Virus record (IMG/VR): IMGVR_UViG_3300033463_000025
Span: 32,001-96,000 of that record
From: a virus
Lineage: Duplodnaviria > Caudoviricetes
Strand: one strand, 5' to 3'
Length of the DNA stretch: 64,000 bases
Below are positions 44,401-53,968 of the stretch, piece after piece. A program made the translations under genes and the position numbers. Below the pieces are notes generated by a model. The model did not search any database. It was not told the DNA's origin and was given only the letters and a program-made list of their open reading frames with translations. Every line of letters begins with the position of its first letter. Position 1 is the first letter of the stretch.

Positions 44401-45589
44401 CAAAAGCAAAAGTAATGCCGCCGCCTTTTCGGAATTGTTGGTTGCTAAAACAACTTTCAGATTTGAATAGTCAATATTGAAAGCAATCTCAGGGTCACCA
44501 TCAAACATCGCCTGTAACTTGTTAATGTAGGTAATCCAGGGTGGTGAAATCTTTAATCTATTATCGGTCATAATAAATCACTCCTTAATATCAATTTAAA
44601 AATATTTGTGAAAAATAGCTCGAAGAGTTTTCTTCCACTTTCCATTTACTAATTCATAGCCGTTAATGTAAACCTTATTATCTATGACGGTGCTATTATA
44701 TCCTCTGCCTGGGAGTTTATATTTAACGTCATTAATAAAATCATAATCATCTTGAATTTTGACGACAGTATTATTATCGCCATTGATGTGAATGTTACTA
44801 TAATTCAATACTATCTACTCCATTATTAATACCAATCTCCAAAATCAACATTATATTCGGACAAATACTTTCTTACTTCTTTGTCACATTCTGGGCATTT
44901 AGTAGAAGCACAAAAACTATCGGTAAGTTTTGTAACAATAAAAGATTGTGGTGGAACAATAAACTTACAACCGCAACGCCGACATTGAAATTTCATATTC
45001 TTCTTAATCATTTTTATGACTTTACTCGGCTTTACAATAGATTTATTACTACTATCTTCAGCTTTGGCAATAATTTCATCTATCACTTGTTGAATACCGA
45101 TTGTAAACATACCCCTGTCGGTTGTGTTTAATTGAGAAACGAGAATGTAATCCTTTTCCTTTATAATTCTCAACAGTTCATCAGCATCAATAAGTCTGCG
45201 GTGTCGTTTATTCATTTCAAATCACCTTCGATTATTCTTATTTCTTAACTAAACTCGTCTATCCTGTTTTTAATATCCGAAACAGCCATAGTTTTTAGCA
45301 TTTTTATATGATTAAAAACGGATTTGCCGTAATTAACCTAAGCACTTTCGCTTTGTCTGTACTTATCCCATATATGGTACGCTTCAAACAAACTCGTCGT
45401 TGCCGTCCAAGTGTCAAAATTACACCAAATAATATATACAGGTGAGCTATAGTGAACTCGGTTATCATATTCAAACTCTCTTGTGACTTTATATAATCCA
45501 TTACCACGACTACCTTCAAGCCGAAAGAGAATAGAATTGTTTTCTTCACATAACTTTACCCATTTATCGAAGTGTGTAACTTTATTCAT
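41478..45589 (-). other. about eleven small hypothetical genes; 41478-41792 has an XRE-like HTH
   Basis: packed minus-strand ORFs; GISKKQVCKFFNISKSKLTLW. Confidence 0.55.
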
Positions 45590-46394
45590 ATGGTTCTACC
45601 AGAGGAATAATCTCCTTGAAATGACAATAGAATTTTGGTGCTAATGCTCTACCAGTGAAATGTAAATGACCGCCGTGCCATTCCTTAAACTCTAAGCCGT
45701 TATCTAATAGCTCATCAAGATATTTTTCAACAGCATCAGCATCATAGAAGCCAACGAGTGAACAAATACTATGCGGAAATGTATGTGTAAAAACATAATC
45801 AACTTTATATCCGCACTTCTCAAGGTTTTGTTTGCCACGTTCAAATTCTTCTTCTGTTGGGATTTCTCTTTCCCACCAAGACATCTTATTGACGCGAAAA
45901 TACTTACCTTGAGCCTGTCGCCTATTATATGCGTTTACAAATCCTCTACGGTCTTTATAGTCTTCCATTTCCATAATACCGTCTTTAATATCATGTGAGC
46001 TTGCTCCACCCATCACAAAACATTTCTTTCCGTCGAAGTCAAATACATAACCTCGCATAAGATGAAATACTTTATCACGGATTTCATGAGCTTTACCACC
46101 ATGAAAATCAACGATAGGAAATTCATCACTATATAACCGACCGTAATTCTCGTGATTCCCGTCCACAAAACAGGTTACATAAGGTTTATCATTCAACCAA
46201 TCGAGCCAGTAATTCTCTTCTGGGATATTTGCAACGCCAAACCGCCATCTCGCATTTGGGTCATTACACCAAATCCCGCCGAAGTCACCAAGAATAATCA
46301 TTGTATCATTCTCGGTAAGCTCGTTTTGCTCAGGAAAATTGTATTTTGAAAACCTATGAAAATCTGCGTGGGTATCTCCTGTTATGTAAATCAT
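45582..46394 (-). CDS. calcineurin-like metallophosphoesterase
   Basis: GDTH, GDFG, DGNHEN, TH, GHLH. Confidence 0.92.
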   Translation of the reverse strand: MIYITGDTHADFHRFSKYNFPEQNELTENDTMIILGDFGGIWCNDPNARWRFGVANIPEENYWLDWLNDKPYVTCFVDGNHENYGRLYSDEFPIVDFHGGKAHEIRDKVFHLMRGYVFDFDGKKCFVMGGASSHDIKDGIMEMEDYKDRRGFVNAYNRRQAQGKYFRVNKMSWWEREIPTEEEFERGKQNLEKCGYKVDYVFTHTFPHSICSLVGFYDADAVEKYLDELLDNGLEFKEWHGGHLHFTGRALAPKFYCHFKEIIPLVEPYE

Positions 46395-46846
46395 TAGAAC
46401 GGAAGGTCATCGTCAAGCGGTAATGTTTCAAAACCATCGGAAGACGGTGCTGATACCGATGCTGAAGTCGAAGTCGATGTTGCATTATCACTCACACTAA
46501 TGTTGGGCGCATTACTACCGTTCCGTTTTTCGCCTGTAAAAGATACCTTTTCAACTGCGATACTATATGCAGTACGGTTCTTACCTTCTTTGTCGGTATA
46601 TTTGTTGCTTTGAAGTTGTCCAGCAACAGCAATCATAGCACCCTTACCAAAGTTCCTTGCAATAAACTCTCCCTTTTGTCCCCAAGCTGTACAAGGGATA
46701 AAGTCTGTTGCACGTTCAGTAGAGCCAGCTTTTTGATAATCACGGTCAACCGCTACGGTAAAATTGACAAATGATTTACCGCCGTTCGTGGTCTTCACTT
46801 CTGGCTCTGCTACAATTCTCCCCATACAAATAAACTGATTAAGCAT
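46394..46846 (-). CDS. ssb: single-stranded DNA-binding protein
   Basis: OB fold with DDDLPF tail. Confidence 0.95.
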   Translation of the reverse strand: MLNQFICMGRIVAEPEVKTTNGGKSFVNFTVAVDRDYQKAGSTERATDFIPCTAWGQKGEFIARNFGKGAMIAVAGQLQSNKYTDKEGKNRTAYSIAVEKVSFTGEKRNGSNAPNISVSDNATSTSTSASVSAPSSDGFETLPLDDDLPF

Positions 46847-46887
46847 TATTATTTATCCTTTCTAATATAGGTTTATTACTTATACTC

Positions 46888-46912
46888 AACTGTTCGGAAT
46901 TTCCGAACAGTT
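46888..46912. repeat. 25-bp palindrome downstream of the tRNAs
   Basis: AACTGTTCGGAA-T-TTCCGAACAGTT. Confidence 0.75.
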
Positions 46913-46917
46913 TAATA

Positions 46918-46991
46918 TGGTGCAAAATGTCGGAGTCGAACCGCCCTTCTACATCCCAAATGTAGTGTGCTACCGCCACACCCCATTCTGC
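46918..46991 (-). tRNA. atypical tRNA-Pro(TGG)
   Basis: CTACA-TT-TGG-GA-TGTAG anticodon arm, GGTTCGACTCC, ACCA; G1-C72, G8, T-stem mismatch. Confidence 0.65.
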
Positions 46992-47070
46992 CTGTTAAAC
47001 CCTCTCGACCAAAGAGGGTATTTAGTTTCATCCGAGGTCTTATGTCGTGTCTGAACGCCCCGAAGGTCAT

Positions 47071-47156
47071 TGGTGCTGGTGGAGGGACTTGAACCCTCAC
47101 GCCGTATTGACATCGGAGCTTAAATCCGATGCGTCTGCCAATTCCGCCACACCAGC
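47071..47156 (-). tRNA. tRNA-Leu(TAA)
   Basis: canonical cloverleaf, long variable arm, A73-CCA. Confidence 0.93.
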
Positions 47157-47175
47157 ATATATGTTCAAGCTGGTG

Positions 47176-47442
47176 CTATGAAACCTTTTTATCAAGCCAT
47201 TTATATAGATTATCTATATCACGTTGGCACTCAATTCTAAACGATACTTCGTAATCGCCGTGCGTAACGCCTCTAAATGTTATACTCCACACTCTTCCAT
47301 CACGGCTGTCAAAGCAAGAGTCAATACATTTTATAGCTCTTCGGTGTCGTATGTGATTTATTTCATACATATGTTCACCCCAAGAGTTATTCTTTTTTAT
47401 GTATTCAAGTAATTTGCAGAATTGTTCAGGTGTCATTTCCAA
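47176..47442 (-). CDS. hypothetical protein
   Basis: ORF overlapping the RT stop. Confidence 0.55.
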   Translation of the reverse strand: MEMTPEQFCKLLEYIKKNNSWGEHMYEINHIRHRRAIKCIDSCFDSRDGRVWSITFRGVTHGDYEVSFRIECQRDIDNLYKWLDKKVS

Positions 47443-48530
47443 TTCCTTTTCTTTTTCTTTGCTCTCTTTTCAATTTTTGATATTACAGATTTTTCTACCA
47501 ATTCAAAACCAGCAATATCATTGATTCTGTGGTCTAAGCGTATGCCTACCGTATGACAATCAGCACGAGAAATATGCTCACGCCATGAGTAATAAGATTG
47601 CCTAAACTTTTCAACGGTCAACCTACCTGCGGCGACAAGTTTTGCCATCTTTACATATTTTCTTTGTGCTGTTCGTTTCTTAGAATTATCTAACCTTCGT
47701 ACAATCACGCCGCTATTGGTGATATATGTATGGAATCCTAAGAACGCAATCCCGTTTTTAATAGGAAATATCTGTGTCTTATTATTTAGCTTTAATCCAA
47801 GTGATTCAATAAAGCTCGTAATGGCTTCTAAACAGTATTTAAGATATTCTAAATCGTGATGTACAAGATAGAAGTCATCCATATACCTGCCGAAATAAGC
47901 AATACCAAGTTCGCCAGTTATAAGTTTATCTAATCCATCCAAGTATAATACAGCAAACATCTGATTAACTTGATTGCCTAACGGCAAGCCAACATCTTCC
48001 GTGCTGTCAATAAACTTGTTACACAGCCACACAATTCCTTCGTCATATCCAAAATAGTATTCAACTATATCTTTCAATAAATCATGCGGTATGTTGTAGA
48101 AATATTTAGATATATCACACTTGAGAATATAGCCATTAAGACCGTGCCTTTTATAAAAGTTCTTTAAATGTTTGCTTAATTGATTAAGTGCTAAATCAAT
48201 TCCTTTACCGTCTTGCCCTGCGTAGTTATCTAATAAAAAGATTTCTTTTGAACGCAACTGCAAAACATTATCACACAGGCTATGCTGTACAACATTATCT
48301 TTAAAACCAGCGACTTTGATTTCACGCTCTTTAGGTTCAAAAACTAAAAAGGTATTATAAGCATCAAGTTCATACGTTCTGTTTTCAAGAAGTGATTTGA
48401 TAGTTAGTACACCATCTAACGCACTAATGTCAAACTTAGCTGTACTCTTCTTTTTACCTCTACCACATTTAGCATCCTTAAAAGCGTTATAAATGTTTTT
48501 AAAATCCGTTACTAATTCAAAATCTGTTAT
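47433..48530 (-). CDS. DGR reverse transcriptase (365 aa if initiated at ATA)
   Basis: FEPKEREI...FKDNVVQH, LKCDISKYF, LPLGNQVNQ, RYMDDF, FLGF; frame open 89 codons upstream of the track start. Confidence 0.95.
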   Translation of the reverse strand: MTDFELVTDFKNIYNAFKDAKCGRGKKKSTAKFDISALDGVLTIKSLLENRTYELDAYNTFLVFEPKEREIKVAGFKDNVVQHSLCDNVLQLRSKEIFLLDNYAGQDGKGIDLALNQLSKHLKNFYKRHGLNGYILKCDISKYFYNIPHDLLKDIVEYYFGYDEGIVWLCNKFIDSTEDVGLPLGNQVNQMFAVLYLDGLDKLITGELGIAYFGRYMDDFYLVHHDLEYLKYCLEAITSFIESLGLKLNNKTQIFPIKNGIAFLGFHTYITNSGVIVRRLDNSKKRTAQRKYVKMAKLVAAGRLTVEKFRQSYYSWREHISRADCHTVGIRLDHRINDIAGFELVEKSVISKIEKRAKKKKRNWK

Positions 48531-48639
48531 ACAGCATTACCTCTTTGCTTTTTATCCCTATTGGGAAGGGTCATACATTCTTTTGGCAGTGGTGCATTGA
48601 TTTCCGCCTTTTGCGTACTCTGTCGAGCTATCCACCAAT

Positions 48640-48703
48640 ACGGACGAAGCCCATTCTCGTTGTTGTAGTTGTTGTTGTTGATGTTACCGTGAGGCGACAC
48701 ACA
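48640..48703 (-). repeat. DGR template repeat (TR), 64 bp, 20 adenines
   Basis: AAC-rich; differs from the VR only at adenines. Confidence 0.95.
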
Positions 48704-48735
48704 AAGAGAAAGGTTACAACGCATAACCCATATAA

Positions 48736-49107
48736 CTACTTGTATTCTGACGTTCTCCACGCAATAGATAAGTGTTTTACATCTTTTACCAAACCACTCC
48801 AATATTCCGCAGACTTGTCTGACAACAATTTAATTTCCATTGAAAGCTCGATATAAAATAATAGTTCATCGCAATATGCAATAGCTTTAGTAATTGCTTC
48901 ACAACGCTCCGCTTTATTGCGTCTATTATCAATTCGATTTGCTTCTAACAGTGTATCAAATATATCTAAACACTTAATTTGTATTTTATCTCCGAGAGAG
49001 TGACGATATTTCTTAGGGTATCTATCGCTATTTGAAGTTATAATATATGTATGTTTCGCAAGCTCTTTGGCTTTAGAAACAACTATCGGTTCATCATTTC
49101 GTGACAT
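48736..49107 (-). CDS. avd: DGR accessory variability determinant (four-helix bundle)
   Basis: YPKKYRHSL...EAN...W motifs; located between target and TR. Confidence 0.9.
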   Translation of the reverse strand: MSRNDEPIVVSKAKELAKHTYIITSNSDRYPKKYRHSLGDKIQIKCLDIFDTLLEANRIDNRRNKAERCEAITKAIAYCDELLFYIELSMEIKLLSDKSAEYWSGLVKDVKHLSIAWRTSEYK

Positions 49108-49730
49108 TAGTTCGTTGGAGATACAAAGATATTAGAGTCAAAGATACAAAACGGACGAAGCCCATACTCGCGGTTGTAGACGTAGTGGTCGATGTCACCG
49201 CGAGGCGACACACACTTTACCCAAGTGCTATCCTCATGCTTAGGTGTGCTAAACGCCGTAACCAGCCACCACCATTTATTGACTTTAAACTTATCAAGAA
49301 TATCGACATACCTACGATACAGGTTTGTGGTAAGCAAAGAAACCTTACGCTTAACCTTGCCATAATCCTTCAGACCATCATCAGAAGTAAGGTCAACCGT
49401 GTGTAAAACAAGATTATCTGCTCCGATAATACTCTCAATTTCTGTGGCGAAAACTTTACAAGCATCATCAGCAAGCGAGCCATCAAAGTTATTGTTCTTG
49501 TTGCTAAACTTTTGGCAATCCTTGAGAAGATTTTTACAGATTACTGCGGTTGTAAAAGCTGAATGTTCAAGTACAATAAACTCGTACTTACCAATCTTGA
49601 ATGTTCTACCTGCTTTCAGACTTCCTAACTGCACAGCACCAATACCGAAACTATCTTGGATTTCAGCTACTTGTGCATCGGTTAAGAAAATCTTTTGACC
49701 GTTAAGCTGAATAAAATTCTTGTTTGCCAT
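49107..49730 (-). CDS. DGR target protein (CLec-type C-terminus, DUF6273-like)
   Basis: KVSLLT...WWWLVTA...CVSPRG...GLRPFC; GGAGG RBS before ATG 49730. Confidence 0.9.
   Translation of the reverse strand: MANKNFIQLNGQKIFLTDAQVAEIQDSFGIGAVQLGSLKAGRTFKIGKYEFIVLEHSAFTTAVICKNLLKDCQKFSNKNNNFDGSLADDACKVFATEIESIIGADNLVLHTVDLTSDDGLKDYGKVKRKVSLLTTNLYRRYVDILDKFKVNKWWWLVTAFSTPKHEDSTWVKCVSPRGDIDHYVYNREYGLRPFCIFDSNIFVSPTN
49151..49214 (-). repeat. DGR variable repeat (VR)
   Basis: 54 of 64 identical to the TR; all 10 mismatches at TR adenines. Confidence 0.95.
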
Positions 49731-49771
49731 TTTTGATTTCCTCCAACTATTATTAAAAATTTTCAATATTC

Positions 49772-50453
49772 TCATTTTTTGTTAGCCCTACAAATCGTTC
49801 CGTGGTTCATAAAACCCATAAATGTGTGGAATTGCAAGCTCTCAATCCAACCGTAATGTCTAATTGCATCGCGCAAATAAAACATTGTTTCGCCTTTAGC
49901 TTTTAGTGCTAAATATTCTTCAACACTTTTAATAGGTTCGCCTTTGTAATACCGTCTACGACTTTCTAAATATTCGTTATACTTTTTGTATTTTTCGCAC
50001 TCACGACAAATCTTCGCCTTTTCTCCAAAATCACGAGCATAATATCGCACATTTCCACTTTTATATTGATAGCTATATGCGTACTCGCATTTGTTACACG
50101 GTTTATTCATTTTACACCGCCACAGCTCTACTATAATAACTTGTTACTTTGTTATTCAGTGTCTTCAGATGTTCCTGCGTTTCATTATGTAACTTAAACC
50201 TGTTTACCATTTGGAGAACAAGTAAAATCTGTTCAGCGGTTAATCCGTTAAGGTTAATGGATTTGCCATTATTATTCTCTACGACCTTTTCATTTACTTT
50301 GTCTTTCAAAAGTAAAATCTGTGTTGGTGACAACTCGCAGTTTTCGTACTCTCCGAGTCTGTCATAAAGTTGCTTAATCGGAGGACAACTATGCGGAACA
50401 TTTGTACCCTTGCCAACATACCATTTATCTGTCAATCGGTTCATATAGCACAC
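49772..50453 (-). other. two hypothetical genes (49772-50110, 50112-50453)
   Basis: packed minus-strand ORFs. Confidence 0.55.
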
Positions 50454-50943
50454 CCCTTAATTAATGTTAGCCATAAATAAACGCTACAAAAGGACATCAT
50501 TCTCGTAACCTACTCTACGCTCAACTTCTTCGATAGATTGACGTAGCCACTCCATCTTAATAGTCCTTCTTCTTAAATATCTGCCCTCAGAAACAAGACC
50601 GACATCCTTTCGTAACGCTCCGCAAATCTTTTCGTGCTCTTGGTCGAGACCGCTGATGCACCAGTCGTCGGTAAGATTGCATTTTCGCCAAGCCAGTATT
50701 TTATTTCATCACATTTGCATTTCCCCGCATTAACGTAACGGTAGATGAAGTAACGCCGCACCTGTAACGGAACGAGAAACTTGTACCAAAAGTCCTCATA
50801 TATCATTTCATCCGTTCGGCTTCTCGGTTATCCTTTGGTACAGGATAATCAATTTAATATGATTACATATCAACTAAACAGCGGCACACAGTATGGCAAC
50901 TTTGTACTTGATAAAAACGCCGTAAAAATGATATAGTAAACAA

Positions 50944-51138
50944 CTAACCTGTGTAGTAATTTGTCTTTCCGAAAAAGTCTTTTGCTTGCGTGTTATAGCA
51001 TTGGCAAAAATTTTTCGGATTGCGTTTCATTTCTTCACCGCACTCTGGACACATATGCCCTTTGTCGGTATATTCGTGAACAGACATTATTACCTCTTCT
51101 TCATGCTCACATTTGGAGCAAATGAATTTATAAATCAT
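50944..51138 (-). CDS. FmdB-like zinc-ribbon protein
   Basis: YKFICSKC...CPECG. Confidence 0.75.
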   Translation of the reverse strand: MIYKFICSKCEHEEEVIMSVHEYTDKGHMCPECGEEMKRNPKNFCQCYNTQAKDFFGKTNYYTG

Positions 51139-51273
51139 TTTTATTCACCTATTGACTTATGTTATAAACTAAAAATATTATGTACTATATATTGTATTTT
51201 TCACATTGTTATACCACTATATATTGTGGTGTAATTGACAATGAAATCACAGTTTTATTAGCATTTTTAAATT

Positions 51274-51351
51274 TGGTGCATCGTCTGGGAGTCGAACCCA
51301 GCACCTGTTGATTATGAGTCAACTGCTCTAAACCTGATGAGCTAACGATAC
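51274..51351 (-). tRNA. tRNA with CAT anticodon (elongator Met or Ile2)
   Basis: GTTGA-CT-CAT-AA-TCAAC, GGTTCGACTCC, ACCA. Confidence 0.88.
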
Positions 51352-51451
51352 GTCTTTGTATCGGTCTATTCCCGATTGCCAACTATACACTCAATGAGTG
51401 CATAGATTTTAATGAAAAGAAGTAAGTAATGAATCGTTGTACGAAGACAAC

Positions 51452-51526
51452 TGGCTGGGGAGGCGAGAATCGAACTCACGAATAATCGGGTCAAAGCCGA
51501 GTGCCTTACCGCTTGGCTACTCCCCA
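51452..51526 (-). tRNA. tRNA-Gln(TTG)
   Basis: U1-A72, G73-CCA, CT-TTG-AC loop. Confidence 0.9.
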
Positions 51527-51644
51527 TCAAAGTGTGGTTACGCCACAACCGTTTTGTTACCTTAACTTTTGCCTTGTGCGAACCACACACTCCGATGCTG
51601 AAAATCATTAGAGTTTGTAATTTGAGCCATAAGAATTTCACTTA

Positions 51645-51757
51645 TGGGAGCGTAGGCTGGATTAGGCGGCACCTACCACGCCAGCGAATTTTGACTCTAC
51701 AGTTTTCAAACTGGTCTTTTTACAAGCCTTCTCGTTGAGCCGACTTAATACTACGCT
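51645..51757 (-). ncRNA. 113-nt tRNA-like cloverleaf with enlarged arms
   Basis: AGCGTAG/CTACGCT stem + C-CCA end, three internal stem-loops. Confidence 0.55.
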
Positions 51758-51914
51758 TTTTCACGTTCCACAATTTTATAATATAGGGGTCAACCTCTTT
51801 CGCAACCTTCCGATACTATCCACACCAAATACGAATTTGTACAGATTCGAGTTTGGCTTGCGCTTGTGGCAAGTTTCCCGTGGCTCTTACCCACACCTCA
51901 ATCTTACGTTTCTT

Positions 51915-51943
51915 ATTATAGCACCATTAACAGCGTTTGTCAA
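51915..51943 (-). promoter_or_regulatory. sigmaA promoter for the ncRNA/tRNA cluster
   Basis: TTGACA-N17-TATAAT. Confidence 0.85.
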
Positions 51944-51976
51944 TAGCTCTATTGAATTATTTTATAAAATTCTTAA

Positions 51977-52360
51977 TCATTCATTTTGTCCAAGAATAAC
52001 AACAAAATCATCATTATCTTCAGCAAGTAAAGCCATCATATTTCTTGTATCGTCGTCGCAATAATCAACACGCTTTTGAATAATACTAAAACCACGCTCA
52101 AAATATGATTTGCTTGCCTCTAACTCTTCGCAAAACCAGTCCTCATAGTCTTCACCATAGGTATCAAATAAATACTTGCGATAGTCTTCTTCATTCTTAA
52201 ATATACAAGCATCTTCTGTTTCATAATAATACCTATTATTTTCAAAATGAACAAACAATTCGACCATCTTATCAAAATACTTTACGGCAGGATTTTCACG
52301 GTAAGCGATGATAAAACTACTGCTTGAGCTATTTGTTACATAGTCTGTTCTTATTTTCAT
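51977..52360 (-). CDS. TNSSSSS-motif protein 6
   Basis: MKIRTDYVTNSSSSSFII. Confidence 0.85.
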   Translation of the reverse strand: MKIRTDYVTNSSSSSFIIAYRENPAVKYFDKMVELFVHFENNRYYYETEDACIFKNEEDYRKYLFDTYGEDYEDWFCEELEASKSYFERGFSIIQKRVDYCDDDTRNMMALLAEDNDDFVVILGQNE

Positions 52361-52380
52361 ACTATCCTCCGCGTGATTTC

Positions 52381-52932
52381 TTATACTTGTTTATTCCAAT
52401 CAGTAATAGCTTTCTCTCTACTATTTACGAATGAAGTTGTTTCCCAAGCATTACCACATTGACAATTAACCTTATACCCTTTAGATTCATAGCCAGAACC
52501 GTAATCGCCTTCTGATACATAGAGCCATGATGTATTGCATTTAGGGCAAGGTTTGAGCTGTTCTTTAGATTGATTTTTGATATTGCTATCGACAACGATT
52601 CCGACGCAATACAGCTCACCGTCTTCATAGATATTGAACTCGGCGTGTGGCATTTCTGTTTTATAACTCCATGCACAATCGCGTTCTTTATCGCACCATA
52701 CAGCTTCTATAGGTTTTGGCAATCTCTTATCCTCTATAATGCCACCACCAAAACAACCGTATTCGTCACGGAACGCTCCATAGATTTCACAGTTGTCATC
52801 ACTATAACCAGTTACGACAATAAAGCCCAAACTCTTTGCAAGCTCTTCTTCGGCAGGAGATATTTCATTACCGTATTCCCCACCGTTAAGCATTTTTGCA
52901 AAATCATATATAGTCATATCCATATCTATCAC
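52381..52932 (-). CDS. hypothetical protein with C-terminal Lar-like zinc finger
   Basis: LKPCPKC...CQCG...AITDWN. Confidence 0.6.
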   Translation of the reverse strand: MIDMDMTIYDFAKMLNGGEYGNEISPAEEELAKSLGFIVVTGYSDDNCEIYGAFRDEYGCFGGGIIEDKRLPKPIEAVWCDKERDCAWSYKTEMPHAEFNIYEDGELYCVGIVVDSNIKNQSKEQLKPCPKCNTSWLYVSEGDYGSGYESKGYKVNCQCGNAWETTSFVNSREKAITDWNKQV

Positions 52933-53585
52933 CCCATATGGTTACAGTACAACGATGATACTTTAGCAAGTGATTCTCTTACATAATCGGGAATATAGCA
53001 ACCGTCTTCACCCCAAACAGCATAGTGACCGAATATGCTATATATTACATCTCTGCCTAATTTTCCTTTTATGCTACTGCACGTTAGCTTTTTCGTGTTA
53101 AACCTATAATCTTTTACACAGCAAATATCAGGGTAACACCCACCATCATAGCCGTTATCAAGACAAGGTAAATACCAACCTGCAACGCTGTCCGCCGTGT
53201 CTGTGTCTTTGCTCAAATCGTGAATACTGAAGTCAATATACCATTTCCAATTTTTACCATGCAAAGGCTCAAACTTTTTACGGAAATATGATATGTATTC
53301 ATCATACGTTTCGCATGAATCTATCCAGCTATCATCACACTCTTCGTAAAACAAATCGTATGTTGATATACCATATTTATTTTTAATTCTCGTTTCGTTC
53401 TCATATTTCCAATTCCAATTATCCGCTTTACTGCCATACTTGCTTCTTATCAAATTTGACTTTTCACGATGCTCTCTAAACTTTTCGCGGATAAAAGAAT
53501 AAATATCATCAATAGTCCAGTCATCGCGGCTAATTACGAAAGAAGAACTACTCGAATTTGTTACAAAGTCTGTACGAATTTTCAT
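52929..53585 (-). CDS. TNSSSSS-motif protein 5
   Basis: MKIRTDFVTNSSSSSFVI. Confidence 0.85.
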   Translation of the reverse strand: MKIRTDFVTNSSSSSFVISRDDWTIDDIYSFIREKFREHREKSNLIRSKYGSKADNWNWKYENETRIKNKYGISTYDLFYEECDDSWIDSCETYDEYISYFRKKFEPLHGKNWKWYIDFSIHDLSKDTDTADSVAGWYLPCLDNGYDGGCYPDICCVKDYRFNTKKLTCSSIKGKLGRDVIYSIFGHYAVWGEDGCYIPDYVRESLAKVSSLYCNHMG

Positions 53586-53968
53586 TAGCAACCACCCACT
53601 CCTATTACGAGTTTATCATTGTTAATACGGAAGGTATCTAAAAACATATCAAAGTCATTGAGGTAATCATCAGTGTCAATCGTTCTTACATAAGCGATAA
53701 AGTCACCAATCTCAACATTCCAATATCCATTATCAGAAGAAACATAATCAAGAACAATATCCATTAATTCTTCTTTATCTTTCAACCTATCTTTTAACGA
53801 ATATGGCAAATGAGCAAAATAACGCTTCATAGCTTTAACATATCTGCTATACCAATCTTTATCAGATTCAATAAGCTCACGCAGTTCATCACGAGTTACA
53901 TCTTTGCGTTTTGCGATAATGAACGATGAGCTACTTGAATTTGTTACGAAATCAGTTCTAATCTTCAT
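53585..53968 (-). CDS. TNSSSSS-motif protein 4
   Basis: MKIRTDFVTNSSSSSFII. Confidence 0.85.
   Translation of the reverse strand: MKIRTDFVTNSSSSSFIIAKRKDVTRDELRELIESDKDWYSRYVKAMKRYFAHLPYSLKDRLKDKEELMDIVLDYVSSDNGYWNVEIGDFIAYVRTIDTDDYLNDFDMFLDTFRINNDKLVIGVGGC

Noticed and set aside
46995-47070. Stem-loop plus GAAACTAA between two tRNAs, resembling a preQ1 riboswitch or hammerhead
   Set aside because: Loop length and core residues do not fit, and there is no regulated ORF downstream.
48527-48802. 91-aa ORF with poly-Asn and a (GTT)n microsatellite
   Set aside because: It is the DGR template repeat read in frame, not a separate gene or slippage repeat.
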